Shown piece after piece: positions 9,759-18,108 of a stretch of DNA of 64,000 bases. Source of the DNA: Thermoplasmatota archaeon (GTDB taxonomy: Archaea; Thermoplasmatota; Thermoplasmata; UBA10834); the NCBI GenBank assembly GCA_040751795.1, contig JBFMHR010000004.1, positions 192,001 to 256,000 of the forward strand, written 5' to 3'. A program made the position numbers and the translations under genes. The notes under the pieces are model-generated. The model did no database searches, had not been told where the DNA came from, and saw only the letters and a list, made by a program, of their open reading frames with translations. How positions within the stretch are numbered: the stretch's first letter is position 1; each line of letters begins with the position of its first letter.

Positions 9759-10163
9759 TCAGCCGATGAAGAGCGTGACCTTCGAGTCCGCCGCGAGGTC
9801 GAGGAACTTCGACGCGCCGATGACCTTGGCCCCTTCGACGAGGTCCTCCTGCTTGACGCCCATGAGGCTCATCGAGGTGCTGCACGCATAGAAGTTTACG
9901 CCCAGCTCCTTGGCCTGCCTCATCATCTCGTCGTAGCCGGGCACCTTCAGCTTCATCATCTTCTTGATCATCATCCCGGTCCCGATCCTCCACAGCCCAG
10001 GCAACTTCGGTCTCACGCCCTTCTTGAGCAGCTTCAGGCCGAAGAAGGTGTAGAAGACGTGCACCTCCATACCCATGCTCGCGGCCGTGTTGCCCATTAT
10101 CAGTGGCATCATGGCCTTGTCGAAGCTGCCCTCGCTAACCACCATACAGAACTTGTCTGCCAT
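9759..10163 (-). CDS. DsrE2/peroxiredoxin-like family protein
   Basis: 'AASMGMEVHVFYTFFGL', 'FYACSTSM'. Confidence 0.85.
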   Translation of the reverse strand: MADKFCMVVSEGSFDKAMMPLIMGNTAASMGMEVHVFYTFFGLKLLKKGVRPKLPGLWRIGTGMMIKKMMKLKVPGYDEMMRQAKELGVNFYACSTSMSLMGVKQEDLVEGAKVIGASKFLDLAADSKVTLFIG

Positions 10164-10176
10164 TCCATCTCACCTC

Positions 10177-10410
10177 TCACTTCATCCTGATGTAGAACCT
10201 GAAGACCTTGCCTTCCTCTTCCTGCCCCACCAGCTGGTGCCCCGTCCTGTTGCACCATGCGGGCACGTCGTCCTTGGCCCCCACGTCGTCGGCTATCAGC
10301 TCCAGCACCTGCCCCGACTTCAGCTCCTTGACCTTCTTGGCCAGCTGGACTATCGGCATCGGGCACATGAGGCCCTTCGCGTCTAGCGTCGCGTCCTTCT
10401 CCAAAGCCAA
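10177..10410 (-). CDS. tusA: TusA/SirA sulfur carrier
   Basis: 'LDAKGLMCPMP', 'DVPAWC'; TTG start after AGGAG (start could also be 10404). Confidence 0.88.
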   Translation of the reverse strand: MALEKDATLDAKGLMCPMPIVQLAKKVKELKSGQVLELIADDVGAKDDVPAWCNRTGHQLVGQEEEGKVFRFYIRMK

Positions 10411-10531
10411 CCACTCCTGCGGTATTGTCACTACCGTGCAAACCCGATTACGCTGTTGATTAATAAACATTTTCACGTTCGCCCCCGGGAGGGCCTGGCC
10501 GACGCGGTCGGCATAACGGTTAAGTATAAAA

Positions 10532-10909
10532 ATGGCAATACCGTGCAACATGGTCGAGCCACAGAAGATACTGTCCGGCCAGGCCACCTGCAGGGACATA
10601 GTCAAGTGCGTCTACGGCCTGTCGGATTTCGAACTGCTGATCTACAAGAGGCTTGCGAAGCAAGGCCCGCTGAAGGCGGACGACCTCGCGCCCTCGCTCA
10701 AGAAGGACCGCAGCACGGTCTACCGGGCCCTCCAGCGGCTCGTGACCTCGGGCCTCGCCTTCAGGGAGACGAAGACCATCGAGAGGGGCGGGTACTACCA
10801 CGTCTACACAGCCGTGCCGCCGGCCCAGCTCAAGGAGCGCCTCAGGAAGTGCGCCGACGACTGGTTCGAGAACATGCGCGGCGCCATCGACGACTTCGAC
10901 CTGGTCTAG
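10532..10909 (+). CDS. TrmB-like HTH transcriptional regulator, divergent from the tusA cluster
   Basis: 'CVYGLSDFELLIY...DRSTVYRALQRL...GGYYHVY' winged helix; four Cys. Confidence 0.85.
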   Translation: MAIPCNMVEPQKILSGQATCRDIVKCVYGLSDFELLIYKRLAKQGPLKADDLAPSLKKDRSTVYRALQRLVTSGLAFRETKTIERGGYYHVYTAVPPAQLKERLRKCADDWFENMRGAIDDFDLV

Positions 10910-10951
10910 GCCCCCTCAAACCTTATATCCCGACAGCCGATTTGGTGGACG

Positions 10952-11887
10952 ATGTCAGAAGGCTTCAGGGGGATGGACATCGTCTCCATCCGGGACTTTT
11001 CGCGGGAGAGGATCGAGCGCGTCCTCGACGTCGCCGAGGGGATGCTCCCGGTCGCAAAGGGGGAGGAGAAGAGCAAGCTCCTGGACGGGAAGGTGCTCGG
11101 CTCGCTGTTCTACGAGCCGTCCACGAGGACGAGGCTGTCCTTCGAGGCGGCGATGACCCGCCTGGGCGGGAGGACCCTCGGGTTCGACGAGCCCAAGGGG
11201 TCGTCCGTGGCCAAGGGGGAGACCCTCGCCGACACGATAAGGATGGTCGACTCCTACTGCGACGTCATCGTCCTGAGGCACCCGCAGGAGGGCGCCGCCA
11301 GGCTCGCCGGGCACTTCGCGGAGAAGCCCGTCCTCAACGCGGGCGACGGGGCGGGGCAGCACCCGACTCAGACCATGCTCGACCTCTTCACCATCAAAAA
11401 GTCCAAGGGGAGGATAGACGGCAACAAGGTCGTCATCGTCGGCGACCTCAAGTACGGCAGGACCGTCCACTCGCTCTCCGAGGCCCTCGCCATGTTCGGG
11501 GCGGAGCTCACCTTCGTCGCCCCGCCCACGCTCCAGATGCCGAAGGAGCACCTGAAGCACATACAGTCCCTGGGCAGCAAGCCCAAGAGCGGGAGCGACC
11601 TGGCGGAGGCGGTCAAGGACGCGGACGTGCTCTACGTGACGCGCATCCAGAAGGAGCGGTTCCCCGACCCGGCGGAGTACCAGAAGGTCGCGGGCGCCTA
11701 CACGATAGACAACGAGCTGCTCAAGGGGGCGAAGGAGGACCTCATAGTCATGCACCCGCTGCCGCGGGTGACGGAGATATCGCCGGAGGTGGACAGGACC
11801 CCGCACGCGAAGTACTTCGAGCAGGCGTTCAACGGGGTGCCGGTCAGGATGGCCCTCCTGGCCATGGTCCTGGGGGCGGTCGAATGA
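10952..11887 (+). CDS. pyrB: Aspartate carbamoyltransferase catalytic subunit
   Basis: FYEPSTRT, HPTQ, MHPLPR. Confidence 0.98.
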   Translation: MSEGFRGMDIVSIRDFSRERIERVLDVAEGMLPVAKGEEKSKLLDGKVLGSLFYEPSTRTRLSFEAAMTRLGGRTLGFDEPKGSSVAKGETLADTIRMVDSYCDVIVLRHPQEGAARLAGHFAEKPVLNAGDGAGQHPTQTMLDLFTIKKSKGRIDGNKVVIVGDLKYGRTVHSLSEALAMFGAELTFVAPPTLQMPKEHLKHIQSLGSKPKSGSDLAEAVKDADVLYVTRIQKERFPDPAEYQKVAGAYTIDNELLKGAKEDLIVMHPLPRVTEISPEVDRTPHAKYFEQAFNGVPVRMALLAMVLGAVE

Positions 11888-12339
11888 AGGAGTTCAAGGT
11901 CACGCCCATACGCAACGGCACGGTCATAGACCACATCGAGGTCGGGACGGCCCTGAAGGTCCTGAGGATCATCGGGGTCAAGGAGGACGTCAGCTCCACC
12001 GTGAGCGTCCTGATGCACGTCCCGAGCAAGAAGGCCGGGTGGAAGGACATAGTCAAGATCGAGGACAGGGAGCTGGACCCGAAGGAGCTCGACAAGATCG
12101 CTCTGATATCGCCCGACGCCACGATCAACATCATCAGGGACTACAACGTGGCCGAGAAGTTCGTCGTCGAGGTCCCCTCGAGGATCGTCGGGATAATGAG
12201 GTGCTCCAACCCTGGCTGCATCACGAACAAGAACGAGCCGGTCGAGGCCGAGTTCGTCGTCGAGTCGAAGAAGCCCGTGACGCTCAGGTGCGTCTACTGC
12301 GACCGCACGACGACGGAGGTCTCGGAGAACATCCTCTAG
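11884..12339 (+). CDS. pyrI: Aspartate carbamoyltransferase regulatory subunit
   Basis: 'IRNGTVIDHI', 'CSNPGCIT', 'RCVYCD'; ATGA overlap. Confidence 0.97.
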   Translation: MKEFKVTPIRNGTVIDHIEVGTALKVLRIIGVKEDVSSTVSVLMHVPSKKAGWKDIVKIEDRELDPKELDKIALISPDATINIIRDYNVAEKFVVEVPSRIVGIMRCSNPGCITNKNEPVEAEFVVESKKPVTLRCVYCDRTTTEVSENIL

Positions 12340-12345
12340 ACCCCG

Positions 12346-12684
12346 GTGGCGGCCTTGAGGCTCGGACTCGAACCCCTGAAGTGCGTCGCGTGCGGACTCT
12401 GCGAGACGGTCTGCAGCCTCAACAGGGACTCCGTCCTGACGCCGATGAGCTCCAGCATCATCCTCCACGTCGAGGACAGGGCGGACTACTTCGGCCTGGT
12501 ACTCAAGACCGAGGGCGAGGGACTCGTCGTCGCGAGGCCAGAGGGAGGCGCCGCAGACCAGCAGGGCACCTCGACCGGCCCCGGGGCGAAGCCCATACTC
12601 CTCAGGGAGCCGTGCGACCTCTGCGGCGGGGACCCGAGGTGCGCGAAGGTGTGCCCCACGGGCTGCATCACGGTGGTGGTCTGA
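12346..12684 (+). CDS. 4Fe-4S dicluster protein
   Basis: CVACGLCETVC and CDLCGGDPRCAKVCP. Confidence 0.85.
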   Translation: MAALRLGLEPLKCVACGLCETVCSLNRDSVLTPMSSSIILHVEDRADYFGLVLKTEGEGLVVARPEGGAADQQGTSTGPGAKPILLREPCDLCGGDPRCAKVCPTGCITVVV

Positions 12685-12685
12685 G

Positions 12686-13840
12686 GTGTACCTGCGCAAC
12701 GGCAGGGCCTGCGTCGTCGACCTCGCCGCCGGCGACGCTTCTGAGCAGGAGCTGGCGGAGGAGGCCCTCGCTGGCCCGTCATCCCTCGCCGTCGCCGAGT
12801 CGCTCCGCCGGGAGCACGGGGACGCCGTCGTGCTGGGCACGGGCGTGCTTACGGGCAGCCTCGTGCCCGCCGCCTGCGCGGGGTTCGTCTCGTCCTCGAA
12901 GGGCGTGATGCCGCTGCTCGGCCTCGCGGGCGTCGAGCTGAAGCTCACGGGCTTCGACTTCGTCGTCGTCAAGGGGGAGTGCCCCGTCCCGTCCTACCTC
13001 TGGGTCCGCGACGGGCTCGCGGAGGTCGTGCCGTACGAGGGCATGGCCCCCATGGACTCGTGGGCCAGGACCGAGAGGATACGGGCGGACCAGGGCGACA
13101 GGAGGATCCAGGTCATCGCGGCGGGGCTCTGGGGCGACTCGCAGGGGCCGGCCTCGTCCCTCGCCGTGAGCCACTGGCTGGGCGAGGACGACGTCCACAC
13201 GGCGGCCGAGTTCGGGAGGAGGCGGCTCGCGGCCGTCGCCTTCAGGGGGATGGGCGAGCTCGAGGTCTCCGACCCCGACGGGCACCTGTCCGCCTCGGTC
13301 GAGCTGCGGGCGGAGCACTCGTCCAGGCTCGGCCCGAGCTCCGGGCTCGCCTCATACTGGGAGGGGGCCCGCGCGTCGGGCTTCTCCAGCCTATTGCACA
13401 GGAACGTGGCATGCTTCGGCTGCCCGCACCCGTGCAGGTCGTACCTGAAGGTCAACGAGGAACCGGGGCACATGGCCCTGTCGGCGAAGGAGCCCGGGTA
13501 CATGCACTTCGACGTCCCCTCGCTCGAGAGGGCCGCCGCCGCGGGCATGGGGTTCGGGGACGCGACCCACGCCTTCATGGAGTGCGCAAAGGCCGGCGCG
13601 GACCCTGCGTCCGTCATCGGGCCGAGCGCCCGGGACCTCGGGTCGGTCAGGAGGCTGCTGGCATCGGGCGGGGACGAGCCGTTCGACAGGTCCTCCGCGA
13701 AGGGCTCGTTCAGGTCCCTCCCGGCCTTCGACGAGTGCGTCGGCCTGGGCCTCTGCCCGAGGTACTGGACCAAGGCGGGGCTCGACATGGACGCGGTCTC
13801 CGCGTGCGCCGAGCCCGCCCTCGGCCGCGGCCTCCGGTGA
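12686..13840 (+). CDS. Shortened aldehyde:ferredoxin oxidoreductase-like protein
   Basis: AOR N-domain 'ELKLTGFDFVVVKG..P.YLWVRDG', CFGCPHPC, C-terminal 'GLGLC'; only 384 aa. Confidence 0.7.
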   Translation: MYLRNGRACVVDLAAGDASEQELAEEALAGPSSLAVAESLRREHGDAVVLGTGVLTGSLVPAACAGFVSSSKGVMPLLGLAGVELKLTGFDFVVVKGECPVPSYLWVRDGLAEVVPYEGMAPMDSWARTERIRADQGDRRIQVIAAGLWGDSQGPASSLAVSHWLGEDDVHTAAEFGRRRLAAVAFRGMGELEVSDPDGHLSASVELRAEHSSRLGPSSGLASYWEGARASGFSSLLHRNVACFGCPHPCRSYLKVNEEPGHMALSAKEPGYMHFDVPSLERAAAAGMGFGDATHAFMECAKAGADPASVIGPSARDLGSVRRLLASGGDEPFDRSSAKGSFRSLPAFDECVGLGLCPRYWTKAGLDMDAVSACAEPALGRGLR

Positions 13841-13891
13841 GGGCCGGAAAGGTTTTTGACGGCCTGGCGCATCTACACCCAGGGTGTAGCG

Positions 13892-14434
13892 TTGAAGATA
13901 CTAGTCACGACCGGGATGCCTGGCTGCGGCAAGGAGGAGTTCCTGAAGTGCTGCATGGCGCGCGGGGCCAAGGTCATCCGGATGGGGGACCTCGTCAGGG
14001 AGAGGGCGAAGGAGTTCGGGATCGACCACTCCGACGCGAACCTGGGCGACCTCGCCAACGAGGAGAGGCAGAGGTTCGGGATGGACATCTGGGCGAAGAG
14101 GGTCATACCTCTCGTCGGCGGGGACCTCGTGGCCATAGACGGCACCAGGGGCCCGGACGAGATCAGGGCCTTCAGGCACGCGTTCGGCGCGGACCTCCAG
14201 GTCGTGGCGATACACACGTCCCCGAGGACCAGGTTCGAGCGGCTGAAGGCGCGGGGGAGGGCCGACTCCCCGGCCGCGCTGGCCGAGTTCGAGAGGCGCG
14301 ACAGGCGCGAGCTGGACTGGGGCCTCGGCGACGCGATTGCCCTCGCGGACCACATGGTCGTCAACGAGGGCACCCTGGAGGAGCTGAAGTCGCAGGTCGA
14401 CTCCCTCCTCGACAGGATCCTGCCCAAGGGGTGA
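13892..14434 (+). CDS. P-loop nucleotide kinase (dephospho-CoA kinase-like/UPF0200)
   Basis: 'TGMPGCGK', 'MGDLVRE', 'RDRRELDWG', 'NEGTLEE'. Confidence 0.85.
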   Translation: MKILVTTGMPGCGKEEFLKCCMARGAKVIRMGDLVRERAKEFGIDHSDANLGDLANEERQRFGMDIWAKRVIPLVGGDLVAIDGTRGPDEIRAFRHAFGADLQVVAIHTSPRTRFERLKARGRADSPAALAEFERRDRRELDWGLGDAIALADHMVVNEGTLEELKSQVDSLLDRILPKG

Positions 14435-14447
14435 GCCCCTGGACTTC

Positions 14448-14705
14448 GTGACGGTCAGGCCCTGCAGGTTCGAGGCCTTCGAGGCCGTTCCCAGGGAGCG
14501 CCTGGACCTGGACCTGGACGACTGCGAGCGCAGGCTGAGGTCGGCGGGGTACGAGGTCGTGACGAACGCCGGCGTGATGCTGGTCGTGAGGAAGCAGGTG
14601 GAGGTCACCGTCTACCCGCACGGCCGCCTCCTGATCCACCCGGTCAAGGACAAGGCCGCAGCCGAGGGCGCCGCGAGGGAGCTCTACTCGTCCCTCGGCA
14701 TGTGA
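14448..14705 (+). CDS. Hypothetical small protein
   Basis: 85-aa ORF with normal codon bias; 'VTVYPHGRLLI'. Confidence 0.7.
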   Translation: MTVRPCRFEAFEAVPRERLDLDLDDCERRLRSAGYEVVTNAGVMLVVRKQVEVTVYPHGRLLIHPVKDKAAAEGAARELYSSLGM

Positions 14706-14775
14706 GGCGGGCGGGGTTTCCGGGGTTCCGTTTTAATACACCATGGCGATTCGATACCGTCGCGGAGGCTCACTC

Positions 14776-15702
14776 ATGATAGAGTTGCAGAAGCTCACCA
14801 AGTCGTTCGGGCCGATCAAGGCCGTGGACGGGCTGGACCTCAAGGTCGGCAGGGGCACGACCGTCGGCTTCCTCGGGCCCAACGGCGCGGGCAAGACCAC
14901 GACGATCAAGATCCTCACCCACCTGATCGGCGCGACGGACGGGCGCGCCCTCCTGAACGGCGTGGACGTGCTCAGCGACCCGAAGGCCGCCCTCGCCCAC
15001 GTGGGCGCGGTGGTGGAGACCCCCGAGTTCTACCCGTACCTGACGCCCCTAGAGACCCTTGCATACCTCGGCAGGGTCAGGGGGATGCACCACGAGGACA
15101 TAGTGAGGCGCTCGGACGAGGTCCTGCACCAGGTCAAGATGGAGCAGTGGCGCACCACGCGCATAGGCAAGTTCTCGAAGGGCATGAAGCAGCGCCTGGC
15201 CATAGGACAGGCCCTGCTCCACGAGCCCGACATACTCATATTCGACGAGCCGACCAGCGGCCTCGACCCGAGGGGCATGGTCGAGGTCAGGGAGATCATC
15301 AAGCAGCTCAAGAAGGAGCACTACACCATATTCATGAGCTCCCACCTCCTCGGCGAGGTCCAGGAGACGTGCGACAGGGCCGCGCTCATAGACCACGGGA
15401 AGCTGCTGGTCTACGACGACATAGAGAACCTGGGCAAGCTCACGAAGGTCACCAAGCTCGAGGTCGTGGGCTCGTCCCCGCTGGGGGACCCGCTGGTCGA
15501 GGGCATATCGCGGATGCCGAGCGTCGTCCGGGTCGACAGGGCCAACGGCCGGACGCTGGTGGTCACATACGAGGGCAGCGTCGAGTCGAGGGGGGACCTG
15601 CTCAGGGCGATACAGGCCCTGGGCGTGAACGTGGTCTCGTTCAGCCCCGTCGGCCTCCCACTGGAGATGATGTACATGGACCTCGTGAAGGAGTCGAGGT
15701 GA
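14776..15702 (+). CDS. ABC-2 type transporter ATP-binding protein
   Basis: GPNGAGKT, FSKGMKQR, DEPTSGLD; GGAGG SD. Confidence 0.95.
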   Translation: MIELQKLTKSFGPIKAVDGLDLKVGRGTTVGFLGPNGAGKTTTIKILTHLIGATDGRALLNGVDVLSDPKAALAHVGAVVETPEFYPYLTPLETLAYLGRVRGMHHEDIVRRSDEVLHQVKMEQWRTTRIGKFSKGMKQRLAIGQALLHEPDILIFDEPTSGLDPRGMVEVREIIKQLKKEHYTIFMSSHLLGEVQETCDRAALIDHGKLLVYDDIENLGKLTKVTKLEVVGSSPLGDPLVEGISRMPSVVRVDRANGRTLVVTYEGSVESRGDLLRAIQALGVNVVSFSPVGLPLEMMYMDLVKESR

Positions 15703-15704
15703 TC

Positions 15705-16805
15705 ATGGTGTCCGAGGAGCTCAAGGCGCAGCACAATATCCCTTCGGACCTGGAGCAGCTGCCGGTCATCTGGAGGTACGAGCTGCTGAGGTACCTCAGG
15801 TCCTGGAGGCTCTACGCGTCGATAGTGATAGTCGTGGCGGTCATGGCGCTGCTGTACCTCCTGCCGCCCCTGCTGGGGGAGGGGTACAGCGGCACCGACA
15901 CCGAGACGCTGCTGTGGGTCACCCCTACCGGCGGCCTGCCGGACGACCCCGTCCCGGTCTACGCAGTCGGCATGATCAACCGGAGCCAGATAGACACCGC
16001 CTCCCTGACCCTCTACAGGGACGGGGCGGAGTACGCCTCCGCGGGCGGGACGGTGTGGTCCCTGACCGAGGTCGAGTACGGCAGCGCGACCGTCTACACG
16101 ATAGTGTTCCTGGAGGACGTGACGGGCAGCGAGATCACCGCCACCTACGACTGGTACATCTCGCCGGAGAGCTTCGAGACACTGTTCCTCAACTTCGCGA
16201 GCTTCCTCATCATCATCTGCGCCACGTTCTTCGGCGCCGACGCGATAGTGGGCGAGTTCCAGAACAGGACGGGGTACCTCGTGTTCCCCAACCCGATGAG
16301 GAGGTCGGTCCTCTTCGCGGGGAAGTTCATGGCGAGCATAACCGCCGGACTGATGGTGGTGGTGTTCTTCTACGCTGTCCTCGCGGGGCTGTCGCTCGTG
16401 TCCGCCAGGGGCCTCGACGACGACCTCCTGCTCTCCTTCCTGTACGCGGTCGAGTTCCTCCTTGCCGCCATGGCCGTGGCCTACCTGGTCAGCTCCCTGC
16501 TCAAAGGGACCACGGGCGCGACCGTCCTGACCTTCTTCCTGTTCATCATGATCCTGCCGATCGTGGACAGCGTGTCCATGTTCTCGGGCGTGAAGCTAGA
16601 GGGCTCGGTGACGTTCTCCGCGGGGGCGATGATCTACGTGCTCACCGACCCGTACCCGGCGGACGAGGTGCAGGACTACGGGGCGTTCAGGATGACCATG
16701 TTCTACCCGGACCCGGCCCTCGCCCACGTGGTGATGCTCGGGTACGCGTTGGCCGCGACGGCCCTCGGCATCTGGCTCTTCAACCGTAAGCAGCTGGCGG
16801 GCTAG
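15705..16805 (+). CDS. ABC-2 type permease with extracellular loop
   Basis: Several TM helices, 'DAIVGEFQNRTG'; follows the ATPase. Confidence 0.88.
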   Translation: MVSEELKAQHNIPSDLEQLPVIWRYELLRYLRSWRLYASIVIVVAVMALLYLLPPLLGEGYSGTDTETLLWVTPTGGLPDDPVPVYAVGMINRSQIDTASLTLYRDGAEYASAGGTVWSLTEVEYGSATVYTIVFLEDVTGSEITATYDWYISPESFETLFLNFASFLIIICATFFGADAIVGEFQNRTGYLVFPNPMRRSVLFAGKFMASITAGLMVVVFFYAVLAGLSLVSARGLDDDLLLSFLYAVEFLLAAMAVAYLVSSLLKGTTGATVLTFFLFIMILPIVDSVSMFSGVKLEGSVTFSAGAMIYVLTDPYPADEVQDYGAFRMTMFYPDPALAHVVMLGYALAATALGIWLFNRKQLAG

Positions 16806-17982
16806 GCGGAGGCGGCGGGGGCGGGACCTGCCCCGGAGGGCGCTGGTACTGCCAGGCCGCGCCACGTCTCCTCGCGAGCATGATGTCGACGGCCCTCAGG
16901 AAGTCCTTCTTCGTCACTATCCCGACGAGCCTGCCGCGGTCCACCACCAGGAGCCTGCCGATGTTGCGGCCGGTCATCAGCATCAGCGCCTGGGCGGCGT
17001 CCATCTCCGGGGGCACGCTCACGACGTCCCTGATCATGATGTCCCCGACCTTCGTGGAGGGCACCGACTCCTTGGGCACCTTCTGCGCGTCGGTGAGCGT
17101 GACGACGCCGACCACGCCGTAGTCGACGACGGGGAACCCCATGTGGTGCGTCGAGAACATGAGGTCCAGGAGCTGCTGGAGGGAGGTGTCGGGGTGCACG
17201 ACCTGGACGGCGTCGGTCATTATCTGGCGGACGCTGAGCCCCTCGAGGCTGTCCGTGATGACGGTCGCCCGCTCCTCCTCCTGGGCCCCTGTGTAGACGA
17301 AGAACGCGATGAGTATCAGGAAGATCTGGAAGGTGAATATCCCGAAGATCCCCATCGCGATGGCTATGTACCTCCCTGCCCTGGCGGCCTTCCTGGTGGC
17401 CTCGAGGTGTGACATCCTCGTGGCGAGGTACGACCTCAGCATCCGCCCCCCGTCCATGGGGAAGGCGGGCAGGAGGTTGAAGCCCGCGAGGAGGACGTTG
17501 TAGAACGCCATGAGCCCGAGGAGGAGCGCCGTCCCCTCGAGCAGGACGGAGTCGGACGGCCCGAGGTCCATGAGCAGCATCGCGGCGTAGGAGGCGCCGC
17601 CGATGCCGAGGCTGGTGAGGGGCCCGGCGAAGGCCATGACGAGCTCCTGGCGCGGCTTCCTCGGTATCTCCTCGAGCGAGGCGACCCCGCCGAAGAGCAT
17701 CAGGGTGATGCTCTTGATCCGTACGCCGTATCTTATAGCGACGTATGAATGGGCGAGCTCGTGAGCGAGTATCGTGGCGAAGAAGACGACCGCCCCGACT
17801 ATGCCGAAGGCGTACCTCTCCACCCACCATGCGTCGAGGTCCCCGAAGCCGAGGGTGAACCCGACCATGGAGCCGGTGCCCACGGCGAATGCGAACGCGA
17901 AGAGCGGCAGGATTATCAGGAAGGTGACGTGCAGGTGTATCGGGATGCCGAGCACCGTGCCTATCCTCACAGACGCCGCCAT
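16780..17982 (-). CDS. Site-2 (M50) intramembrane metalloprotease with CBS pair
   Basis: HELAH, NLLPAFPMDGG, two CBS domains. Confidence 0.95.
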   Translation of the reverse strand: MAASVRIGTVLGIPIHLHVTFLIILPLFAFAFAVGTGSMVGFTLGFGDLDAWWVERYAFGIVGAVVFFATILAHELAHSYVAIRYGVRIKSITLMLFGGVASLEEIPRKPRQELVMAFAGPLTSLGIGGASYAAMLLMDLGPSDSVLLEGTALLLGLMAFYNVLLAGFNLLPAFPMDGGRMLRSYLATRMSHLEATRKAARAGRYIAIAMGIFGIFTFQIFLILIAFFVYTGAQEEERATVITDSLEGLSVRQIMTDAVQVVHPDTSLQQLLDLMFSTHHMGFPVVDYGVVGVVTLTDAQKVPKESVPSTKVGDIMIRDVVSVPPEMDAAQALMLMTGRNIGRLLVVDRGRLVGIVTKKDFLRAVDIMLARRRGAAWQYQRPPGQVPPPPPPPSPPAAYG

Positions 17983-18108
17983 ACGCCACGGATTATGCGC
18001 CGTCCCTATTTAAGGATTGGACAGGAATCCGGCTGTCTGGCAGGCGGATTTTTTCCGAAAGCATCATATAAAAGTAAAGATACTGTCTTTTCACGGGATG
18101 GGTACCAC

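Noticed and set aside
10456-12339. 627-aa ORF as a fusion ending in PyrI
   Set aside because: Only the last 151 aa are PyrI (ATG 11884); the rest is an alternative frame over the regulator and pyrB
17749-18108. N-terminal extension of the surface protein
   Set aside because: Overlaps the divergent M50 protease gene and an AT-rich promoter; the signal peptide starts near 18109-18121
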